Source: Catajapyx aquilonaris (Eukaryota). From it: 64,000 bases of DNA. Made by a program: the position numbers and the translations under genes. The stretch lies in contig KZ538175.1 in NCBI GenBank assembly GCA_000934665.2, forward strand, positions 1 through 64,000, read 5' to 3'. Each line of letters begins with the position of its first letter. Position 1 is the stretch's first letter. Of this stretch, positions 24,501 to 36,724 are shown one piece after another. The notes under the pieces are model-generated. The model saw only the letters and a list, made by a program, of their open reading frames with translations, was not told the DNA's origin and did no database searches.

Positions 24501-27500
24501 TCAGGGTCACCTCTGGCTTCATCTCGGGTGGTATTTCCACAGACTAAACCACCCAGGGGAGTTCACTAAAAAGGGCCACGTTTAAGACATTGCACTGCAC
24601 CTTGCACACATACTCCTGTCATCCTGCCCGTGGGCCCGGGCGTTACGTATGAAGGCTCCAAATGTACTTGACATAATAAATAAAGGTCCATGCTGCATAC
24701 CTCAGATGAGGTCAAGCACTACCCCGGATTATTATATTATTGTGCCAAGTTTCATTCAGCAACTCCCATTTACCACACTTACAGTTCCCTTGTCAGTTGT
24801 CAACACTTCTATTTCACTGCAACTGGAAAATATTTTTTTAGATTAAGCTTACTTCGTCAAAGCAATCCAAAAGCAATTAACAGACTCACAGATATGTAAA
24901 GAATTAATCAAGCTCCAATACAAAAATTCCAGGAGTTCTCAAAATTCACAAGTTATTGAATGCCATATTACTTTATATGTATTGATTTCCTTGGCAACAA
25001 AATTTTTGTGACATAAAGAGTGCTAAATTCAACTCTTAACCAGTGACCAAATTTTACTTATTCAGAGAAACACTGCAGTACAGAACACTTATTTATCAAA
25101 TAAACTGCATCACGATACCTGGTTGCAAAATTTGCAACTGAGCAGAGGTTTGCACATTGCCAGCAGGGTTTGTTCCAATACACTGGTACATCCCTGCATC
25201 AGATGACACCAGGCCCAATATCTTGAGGTTGTAGCCATTAACAATCTGTTGATATTAGAAATTGTACATATTTGATACAAATTACCATACTTTGTTTTAC
25301 ATACTTGAAAATAACTGCTCTCAATGATCAGCTCCCCATTTTTCATCCACTGGACAGTAGGTTCTGGCTTCCCATATATTTCACATTCAAATTCTATATC
25401 TTTCTTCTCATATGAATAAATATTTTGTGGTTTCTTCACAACACGTGGTGCCACTGTGAAAAGAAAGCTCAATTTGCAGAAGCTCTAGAAATACAGCAAC
25501 TTACATTCCAAATGATGGAAGTGTATTATTATTTGTATGTCAAAAACGACTGAGACACTCAGGATAAGACGTACTGTATATGATGACTAATGTGGATTGT
25601 CTCAGAAATCCATCATATATATAAAGAAATTATGAATAGAGTTGTATCGCATGCAGTAGTTCACCTCAAGATCGACAATATGATAGTGTCAGCATTTACG
25701 AAATTAATATGGGCCTTCGAGTTTACTGCTAAAGCAAATTTTTATTAATAACTATTATTTAAGAAGTTTCTCATTACTGGAAAATGTGCTATTCCTCAGT
25801 CCTTCACATCACTTAGGTCAACACTGTAGTTATTAATTTTATGTTGAAAGTATCATTTTGCTGATACTACATTTTCTAGAATATCTCAGTTTCATATTTC
25901 CACCATTTATAACAATTTGTTCAGACAATCCAGCAAGCATGTCTGATGGGACTGTGATAATATGTAGGGTACACTTGAAGCAAAATGTCAGGGAGATTTT
26001 CTGAAGTCAGGCAGCCATACAGCAATTACAATGGAACTGCTATAAACCAAGCATCCTTTAATCGAATTTCCATATCTCAAAGCCATCCATAACTGGATCT
26101 GCCAAGAAAATTTACTATGGAATTCATAGCTATTTAAGTCCCCACACATTGAAGTTTGTGGCATATTTGGGTTGAAGGCCGAAAAACTTGCAGTATTGTG
26201 AATTGTGTGGAAGCTGGAAAAGAATAGTAGATGTAAAAGTGATAGTAACCTTGGACTTCAAGAGTAGCAATTTTATCAGCTGAGTCCTCTCGATTCTCTG
26301 CTCGACACTGGTAAGTGCCTGCATCTGATTCCTGGATGTTAGTAATTTGAAGACTCCCTGTGGCAATCTTCATAAATCGGCTGTCTAAATCCCTGCAATG
26401 ACAATGAATGATAGTTACTACATCGTATAATGAAAATACTAGAGTTATTCTAGTTTACTCGTACAGTAGGCTACATATACATAGTACTGGTACTCAATAT
26501 CAGTAAGCAAACATGATTTGTTTTAGACATATATTACAGTGATATGTACAAGCTGATAATTACAATAATGGAGTCAGCAGAAATATATTAATAACTAGTT
26601 GCAAATTACAAATAGTGGCTAAGACTGAATGGTGCACCAGTAGTTAATCAGCTTTAATGGGTACATTTATGCAAAAGTGCACTAGCAACACAATATTAAC
26701 ACTTACGCCATATCTATTGTAGATCCATCTTTCAGCCATGTAATCCAAGGGCGAGGGTTTCCATTTGCTGCACAATCCAATGTAACCATAGTTCCTGAAG
26801 TTACAACCTTGCTTTTTGGTGTTGCAATAAATGAGGGGGCAGTAATGCTGTTTCTGGCTTCTAGAAATAAAACCTCACCAGGTAAGGACTTGCTACATTC
26901 AAAAAAATCTAAACACACTTACCTCCATTCATGTTAACAGTCAACCGACCAGCTGAACTCACACGAAATTTATCGATGTTGCTCGCATTGCAGTTGTACA
27001 AACCCTCATCACTCACTCGAATCTCATCAATTTCCAGAGCTCCTAAAATATATTACATTTGTACATTGTTTAATAATGCATACAGATATTAATATAACAG
27101 AGTGGCATTACAGAATATTATAATGCACAGTGTATCACAGAAATAGCCTGAGATAATGGAGTACAGACTGTAACATTCTACAATGTACTACACAGTGCAG
27201 GCACTGCTTGGTTGGGTGTTTGTAGAGTGAATAGCCCAGCACTCGATGGTTAGTTATGGATGGAATTTTCCACGGCCCATATGCTTATGTGGTTATTCTC
27301 ATATCAAAAGTAGCATATTCCACTGGATACACTGTGTGCTATTATAGCAATCCACACTGGAAACCAATTCATTAGGCCCGTACTGGTAACTGAATTGTAC
27401 TGACAACCAAGCTAACTCTTCTTACCCTCCTAAATTTTGAAATTTTTTGGATTTTCTAATTCTGCTTGACCTATAGTGTTGTGCAAACATCACCTCTGCT

Positions 27501-29345
27501 GCTAATTTTCACGTTAGCAGGGTCAAAATACAAGGCAAAATACCGAAATTCCGAAGCCACAACACCTGCATCTGGTGGCGATTGGCGGGTCATCGGTCGC
27601 GGGTCATCGCGATTGATATCAGTGATATGTAAAGGACTGATTAAACTTGATTCGTAAATTGCTACACAAAATCGATTTCGAACCGTATGAGGTCATATTC
27701 GACTTGCTCGCGCCACCCTAGAGCGCGCTACAGTCACGGCGACCGGGGACCCGCGACCCGCGACCCGCGACCGGCTGCTAGGTGTTGTGGCTTAGGAATA
27801 TCGCATTAAGCTTGTATTTTGACGTGAAAATTAGCAGCAGAGGTGATGTTTGCACAACCCTATAGGACAAGCAGAATTAGAAAATCCAAACAATTTCAAA
27901 ATTTAGGGGGGTAAGAATAGTTAGTTTGGTTGTGAGACACAGTTAAGCCTACCTGATGGTAAGACTAACATCCGTGTCTCATCCAAGACAAGAGGATGGT
28001 TGTCTTTGAGCCATGACACCATAGCTCTAGGTACACCTTGGATGGAACATGCAAAACGAGCCGTTTGTCCTGGAAACACCGTCAAGTCTCTTGGCTCCTG
28101 CTCGAATCGGCCCAAAGCTGAAACGAAAGCAAAACATTTATGTATAGTGTTGTAAAGCAGTGTGCAATTTACTGCCTCACCAAAAGATTATAGATATATT
28201 GCTATGTCTAGGGTAATAATTTTCCTAGGCATACAATGTTGTCGAGTAGTGCTCTGTTGCAATTATTGCAACAGAGCATACGTGTATTTTCGAACCGAAC
28301 CGTAGGCTAACGAGTAGCCTACATTGTTTCGCGATCTTGGCCTAAGGCTTGAGTAAGTGTACTTGAATATCCTGTTGAATCAAGTAAGGATGGTATAATT
28401 CAACATTCAGTTGCCGCAATCATGCATATAATTGCTTATATCTTGTGAAAAGTAGAACAGCCCAGCTATAAATGCTGGTTATTGTTGAACACAATTATTA
28501 CTTTTTTTTAAACTTATTGCAGGATTCACGGCCACGCCTCACGCAAGGCACATAGATGCTAGTACCTGTTTCAGACAGCTCTCTCATTACACCAAATTAA
28601 ATACCACTAATTGCATTGCTATATAGTGCACGCTCAGAGGAATAGCATTGTTCTAACGTACATGAAGACTGTACTTAGATAGAGAACAAAGAAAGTCTTC
28701 TGTACTTATAGGCCTACACAGTATTGTAAGCAAGCAAATAAAACAGGAGATGAAGGTATCTTGGGATAAGCATTGGGATAAGTTATACAAGAAAAAGAAA
28801 CTCTCACCTAATGTGACAATCCAGTTCTGAACCCGGTCAGAAATATTACATTTTGTACTGTAATCCTTGATCCTTGACATATCCTTAATCAGCGAGCATA
28901 TGCATCACCTACTCATCGCACACTGTATACTAAGTTAAATACGGAAATAACTGGCCCGAAACAGCGATATATGAAATTAAATGGTCACCGAAAACGCTAG
29001 ATACGCACCGACGCGACGTAACACAGGCTGTAACGCAATATTCTGATACTGACCTGTCTTCTTTAGACTAACATTATAGACCGTCGTTGTACGCTATTAG
29101 CTAATATACTGGGTATCCAACCCGGGGATACCCCATTCATCTCGTGCAGAGTTTTCGGGTCGTCTCTGGCTTCGTTTCGGGTGGTATTTCCGACAGACTA
29201 AGCCACCCAGGGGATCTCACAAAATGACCTTACTAGTCGATGCACTGCACCTTGCACATCCCCTCCCTGCCCGTAGGCCCGGGCGCTTCTACCATGCTGG
29301 TCGCCCCGAATACCCCGTAAGGGGTGGCAAGGGGTATTACCAAAA

Positions 29346-29404
<59 letters not shown>

Positions 29405-32400
29405 TAATAATCCCTCAACAGTTGAGGGATGTGCCAGAAATGTTGGGGCATATTCTGGCTACATAGCTATAGAAGATACATAGGCTTTTCCGATAGCTGA
29501 TCGGACAAAAAAGTTGAGACACCCTGCTGTATACTGGGTAGAGAAGCATAAGTATAGTAAGCAAATTCTATTGGTAACTGACATTTAGCTAATTGTAATG
29601 CTTTAACCTCCTGGTTAAAATGTCGACAACGATGTTTTAGCTCGTGACTAAACTGAAAACAGTGCTCCCAGACAGAAAAGTTCATATCTAAATTAAGTGC
29701 GTCTCACAGGAAAGCGAAAGCTTGGTTTCTTTACGTATGGTATAACATTTCAATAGCCTGCAGGGAGGTTGATTTTTTACAAGAATTTTTGAAATGGAGT
29801 TATTCAAAACCCATCAGTTGTGTACATTGCCTCCCACCTTTCATCTGCATGACACATCTTCCCCTCCAGTGATGTACTGTACCATACAACAGGCTACACA
29901 CATACCCAATGTAGGGCACAATACACATAATTATGCTGTATATAGAGTAGATTGTAATGCATTATTAAAGTATTATAAAGCCTACCATTGTATAAAATAA
30001 AGGCGAGCTTTTTCCTGCACTGCAAATATTTCTCAGCAATTCCTTGTAAAGAAGGTAAAAGTAATGATTCAGCCTTGCAGACATTAGCCACCACGTCAAC
30101 CCAAGATTGTGACATCAGATAATCTGAAATTCTGTATGTATAGTTGCATCAACACGAATCCCTCCACGGTACCGGTACTCCAATATTTCACGGCTGCACT
30201 CTCGGAACTCGGAGCATGACAAGGATGGGAGTAAGTATTTGTGAGGAAGCGAAATGAAGCCATTTTTCCACTAGAGGAAGAGGGAATATTTTAAACTGCA
30301 ATCTTCGGCCGGGGCTGCTGCCGCCTTATCGAAGTACGAGTATGGGGTAGGAAGGGCACAAATTGCTTTTCTCCTCATCTAGAAGATGTACAATGGCTCC
30401 AATGCTGTGAGCAAATTTTCCTGTAGCTTTTGCTTACAAAGTGGGTGGATGGGAAATATTACAAGTCAATCTTAAGGAAGTGGTAGTTTGGGACCTGGGG
30501 CCTCCTCGTTCCAAACAACAGTAGGCACAGATTAAAAGCCATGCTTCTTCAAGCACTTAACCCTTAGGAAATGTGCTGGAAAATGAAACACCTCCACAGA
30601 CTTTTTTTTTTTTTTTAAGCTGCCTTTTTTAGTACAGCCAGTGTACCGCATACAAGGATGAGGATAATCCCCTTGATCATTATTAAGTTCCGGATACCGA
30701 GTATACTGAAATAGCTCCGGAATTAATTGCTTCATCGCCTGTAACACAGGTGTGAATATAACACAGCTGGGCATTTGTCCAGATTATCCAATTTGACGGC
30801 ATAATAGCCTCGGCGACGATTATAGGCCTACAGTATTCCGAAAAGTTATGGCTCGACCAATCGATAGCGCCGCAGCTTTCTGTCCTCCAGTCTACACCAT
30901 GCACATTAGCTTACATAGTGCATACTGATGAAACAAAAAACTGGGCAAGTTACTTTTTGTTGATATAGGGTTCAACTTTAGGCGACATGATTATTTTATT
31001 TTCAAAACGCGGCTTAACGAGTATAGCAGAACATGTTCATAGCTTCGAAAATATGTGACACTCATTCTCGAATCAAGCGCTTCAAACCTAAATTAATCCT
31101 GAAGTATCTCTGTCTCGCACAAATTCAATGTCGCTAACCTACTGTTAATACTATCAAGAAGTCAGGCTGCGGACCACAGTGCACTTATATTCGGCAAAAA
31201 TCAACAGTTCCCAAGATGGCAGCAGGAGCTTTGCAAATTCCCGCATTAAAACTGCAAAGTTTTGACAAAGCAAGTCCGAGAAACTTGCAAGTGGATAATG
31301 CATTTTAAAAAGTTGGGAGTCGTAAAGCGCTCAAGTGGTATAGGAGCCACAATATTCCCTTATATTACACCTGACAAAAGTTTCATATTTTAAATTTGGA
31401 AGCTTTTAAGCTGCATGGATTCTAATTATTTGGAACCCCCCGTGCTGATGCAAACAGAGCTAAAAGCCGAGCTTCTTATTCGAGTGCAGCCCAGGCTGGG
31501 GGTATATATCCGGCGAAATTAGGAGATGTAGTAGGAGCACAAAATCCCGGAGAATGCTGGAAGGAAAATTCGGTAGGGCCCTTTCTCCCTGGCTTTATGA
31601 GCAGTAAAGGCACGCAGATAAGGCTCGTCGCCTAGCAAGAAGCAACCCGAGGAAAGTGCACATTCACCTGCTCAGGAAAACTCGCCCAAACTCGATCAAC
31701 ATCGACTAACTTGCACTTTTTTCCTCTTCTTTCTTTCCTCAAATCGATCGCTCCGGCCATATCAGCCATAACAAAATGCACAAGCACTGAAAAAAGGTCA
31801 GCTACGTCCAATGTCAAAGGTTTTTTCTCCTTCATATATTTGCGACGGAAATACGGCAGTAAAGCTAATCCTTCCAGCGTAACGAGCCTTTCATATACAC
31901 CGCAGTTCAAATACTGCGCCCGAATGTTCCCAAAGTGGCAAACCTTCGCAGACTGGCTAGAAAGTTGAAGTTGTAATATTAGAGTAATGGACGCTCTTGC
32001 CAGATAATATCCCGGGATATCAGAGGCCCTGCTGCTGGTGGCCACCCAGCTCCGAACCGAATATTCAATATTATCAGAGTTCCTATCAATCCAGCCACCG
32101 CAAATTGACCAAAATTGCGCGGAATCAGGACGGGTATTATTAGTCCAGGATATTGCGAGAATGTCGGCCAAGTTTGCAAGGGAGAGAGATATATATACGA
32201 CATTCCAAACCAGCTTTAAGCCATTGCGGATAGGAATCACATGAAGTTTGTAACAGCTTGGCCATTTATATGAAATTAGCGAACAAGTTTGAAACAGATG
32301 GGCTTGTGTCCGGTGTCCTGTACTACCGTATGTCACCGGTGAAGGGTTTATTTGTCCTAACTTGCACCTTGCTGGAGTTCTGCTGATGTGTAGCTTTAGG

Positions 32401-35400
32401 GCACGTTTTTCCGACACTCTTTCAAATAAAAAGTTCCTTAATTGGAACTTTGGTGAAACTGTTCCAGCACTGAATCACGCCTATACTTTCAAGCCTCTCA
32501 AGCACCATACTCCACAAACAGATGACAGTGTTAACACGCACACCGAGGCTGAAACCAGATCTCTGGGGGGGGGGGGGCATCAAGACAGGGTATTGACCTG
32601 TAGGGCCCCACAAGTGGCCCTGAATGGCCGCCGTTGTTCCCCCAAGATGGCGGAAAGAGATACTTACAAGCCACCTGAAGATTGGCCGACCTGCTGACGA
32701 TGCTTCCCACTCCAGGCAAGGTAGCCACACACTGGTACACCCCTTCATCTGGCTTCTCGGTACGGGTATGGTACACGTTGCTGAAGTACAGCGACCCGTT
32801 CGACAGGACCGACCTGCAAGGCAAAATGGAAGGAGGTTGAAGCAGAGCCCTCCTGGGAGCTGGGATGGAGTTTCCGAGTAGGTGCCAACTCGGTCTCCCT
32901 AGGGGGACCCTAAACAACATGGGGGAGGTACACTTTATTACGATTTCTCGGGCAAATTAGCGCACGTGGGAGAGGGTATCTCGGCACAAATGGAACCGCC
33001 AGGGATATTTTAAACTTGCATACAAACTTTTGCACTTCCCTAGTGTCACACTATAGTAGGACGGTCTTCGCCTCGTATACTGTATAGTGAACGGCCCAAA
33101 AAATAAGTTTTAAAAAATTATGGGGAGCGGCACGAAGGAAACAAGTTTTGCTAGAGAAAGGCACAACCTGTGTAATGTTCAGATTTCGCACGGCATTGTG
33201 AAGTTTCCGGTAAAGCTTCTCTGGAACCGGTAGGTCTGTAAATACGAAAGCGTCAAGTGCTGGTGTGATAGTCAAACTTCCACTGCAATTTTGCGAAAAC
33301 GTTCTTGGGACTTGCTAGAACTCTCCATTAGTCAATGAGGTCCCAATCAATCATGCTGGTGATCGCCTGTTGACCGCTCCTCCTTATACCAGATATTTTA
33401 AAACTTTGGCCAAAATAACTGAGGAAGATGCACAGTATTTCATCTGTAGCTTGAGCTTGTCTTTGCAAATTGGTCCAAAATGTTTGTAAGCCAATTATAC
33501 CCAGAAGCACAGGACTGGTAGTACCCATTTTACGCCGTTGCGTTGGTTCCAGCAAAATGAGGCGTAAAGTGAAAAGGCGTAAAACAAGACAAAATTATAA
33601 CGGAAGTAAATGAGATAGGTTCCAAGATTTTCCCAATTTTCCCTCAGTCAGTACTTAAATTGCTGCTTTTAATGCTGAATATTTTAATTTATGCACATTT
33701 AATGGGCAGTTCCCGGTTGAGGATCATCGGGTTCTGAGGCCTCTTTTCCCTTCTTTTGGCAAGAACTGCAGTATCGGCGTAGGGTATTTAACAGACTTCA
33801 GAGAGTGCCGACACCAACAATTTCGCGATAAACCCCGCCACAAGGCACCAGGATAAAAAGAGCATTTATGGTCGTGTGTTTGGACTCAGAAGTGTTGCAG
33901 TGATGTGTTTATGTTCAGATAGTGTTGTTATCGTCAATTTTTTCGCAAATTTTTCTATTTAATTTTTTTAAACGTCATTTTCAAACCGGCGCGGCGCGGC
34001 GCTAATGTCAAACGGCGTAAAATGGAGCGGCGTGAAACGAGTACCTATATACTGTACTTGTTTTAGGATTAATTGTAAGATTCACTTTCTTTACTTAATT
34101 ATTTCGGACCTACGCCACGACACACACGGCCCATTTATTAGTATCACTTAATACGTTATATTTCACATGATACAGTTAAAGCTACCTTTCCATACACATA
34201 GCAGAATGTGGGCGTACGTTCGTCGAGCGAAATACTATTTTCGCACAACCACATCTCTGCTCTGGAAAATGCCGTGACAAGTTACAATGCGCAAATTAAT
34301 AAAAGGTGCGGTTAAAAACGGCTGGAAATTGCAGTGCCTGAATGATTAAAGCGCAATGTTCACGTCAAAACGTGAAAGTATTTAATGTCAGACATTGATT
34401 ATGATAAAATGTCCGCACTATACGATACACCCTCTACACAGTGGGCGATGAAACGAAGGGCAATCACCACTTTACAGATGGCGACATCAGGGTCGGTGTG
34501 ATACATACGGTATATGCAGTATGTCACAATGTCTGCAGGAGGTTCCACTTTTATAAAAATCTATCTATATGAATCTGAGGTGACCATTGTTAACCAACAC
34601 CGAGCACATATGGGTCAATTATAAAGGGTGTATTTTTTAAATAGCTAAAAGACGTGTGTAAATACTGTAAGCTCAGATGCGACTAAATTTTCCGTAGATT
34701 TCTGATTTTGGCGTATGTCGGATTTGTAAACGCAAGTCCGAATCTACGTAAGTCGGGGGCCTGCCTATATGGCAGCCATGACAACCCGACCATCTCTTAC
34801 AGTTAGCAAAGGAGGGGGAAAAAGTTGTGTGTCCCAGGAGCCCCCCTGATTTGTCTGGACAGGCTGTCTGCTTCGTCAGTGTGTCGGGTACAGGTCGCGA
34901 GTTAGATCCCATTAATTTGTGGGCAATAGGTCGAGTCTTTTTGAACTATCTCCTACCTCTCCTCCCTGGTTGACACATGAGAGTCAGGCTCTGGAGGACG
35001 AAGCAGTCAGTCCAAATCGAAGCGCAAGCATGTAGCAAACGAAGTTTGGGGAATCAGCAGAGCGGACACTGGATTTCCCAGACGGAGGGGAACCTTCCGC
35101 TTCCAGGAGGAAATCAGTCGCAATCCAATTCACACTTCATATTGAATCCTTACTTTCACTTGTTACCAACGATCCCAGAGACAGCCCTAGGCGAAAGATC
35201 AGCCAGCCCCAGACGAAACTTTGCAACCGACGTATTTATGGGAAAAGACCCTCAGAATATATGCTTCTTGCAAGCTAGCGTCGTTCGAAAAGAGTTTCTC
35301 AATAACCTCTTTCCGTCCTTATCTAACAAAAGTTTCGCCTATTGTACTAATAATAAAGGGCACTAGTTCCCTAGGAGCAAATTTAAAATATAAAAAATAC

Positions 35401-36638
35401 ACCGTATATATTTGAAAACAATCATGTACAGCACTGATGTACAGTTCATACTCATATATTCCATATCATACACAATAGGGTATTTATATCAGGATTTTAT
35501 CGTAATCTCATAAATCTAGTTTCATATTTTGGAATTCCAATTCTCCAATATTCAATTATTTCGTATAATTCCATAAATGATCTAGGAGAGCATCGAGCCC
35601 ATGCAATATTTTATCTGTAGATCAATAACATTAATGATTGTGGTGATGGACTGTTTGGTTTTAAATGAATTTCAAAGCCCACGCCTTGACCATAATTACA
35701 TGCAAACTGTACATCTAGCTTATTATTTTTAGACTAATAATGTATACAGTACATGCAATTCGCTCTACCTTTTACTGCATAGTACTGTACAGTAGGCCTA
35801 CGTGTATATTGAAATGCAAATGATTCAAAGTTTCCCACATTAGTATAGCACAAGCCTTGCAATAATCGATAACAGCGGATACATGTCAGATGATATTTAA
35901 TATCATCTGACATGTATCCGCTGTTAACCAAACTGGCTTAAATTTTAAGAAACACTTTGGAATTCAGTGCTGATAAAAAATGGCTCCCGCATCATAAGTG
36001 TTGGAGCAGCGCGTGATACACAACTAGAACTCCGAAATCTAAAGTTGACTAACACATCTGACAGTCTACGACTCTACGCCCACTGCAAATGCATTGAGGC
36101 AATAGGACAATCCCTCAAATAATTACGCCCTCATTATGATATCAAGCTTTTTCCTTGTTCCTGTTGGTTCGAGTGGGAGAGCAGACAAATGAGGGAATTT
36201 GTCTGGAAATGTCTGCGCTGGGAACAACGTAAGTTGGCGAGTGCTCGCTTGTCACGATGAATCCCATGCCAAAAGCCTTTGTACGGTCGTCTTTGGAAAT
36301 GAAGCCCTCTGGTGCATCCGCTGCACTGAATTGATTCAATATTCTGGGCCACGAGAGAAAAGATTTCCTCCGAAAACACTCTTAATTCATTCAGAACACA
36401 TTCATTATGATAATAGGGCATTAGCCGTCCCAGCTCTGAGAGTGCTGCCTGCCTTCTTCTTCTTCCGCTCCTTCGTACGAACAATGGTTTCAAGCCCAGA
36501 CCCTGGAAGAGACCCCCTCTATTCTCCCTTCACTCATTGCCCTCGCGAAATATCACCCATCTATACCTCTTTCGACATATTAATTACCGTACATTGTGTG
36601 CATATAGCAAATGTAGCACATGTTCTTACGACATTAGC

Positions 36639-36724
<86 letters not shown>

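Noticed and set aside
31632..32417. Longest ORF in the window (261 aa, minus strand)
   Set aside because: It starts at GTG with the first ATG near its end and has no recognisable motif or clear splice partners. It is probably a chance intronic ORF; BLASTP or RNA-seq would settle it.
36134..36642. Overlapping ORFs with a PHD-like [13 protein letters not shown] peptide
   Set aside because: The remaining zinc ligands are missing and no TIRs were found; at most an unidentifiable TE relic.
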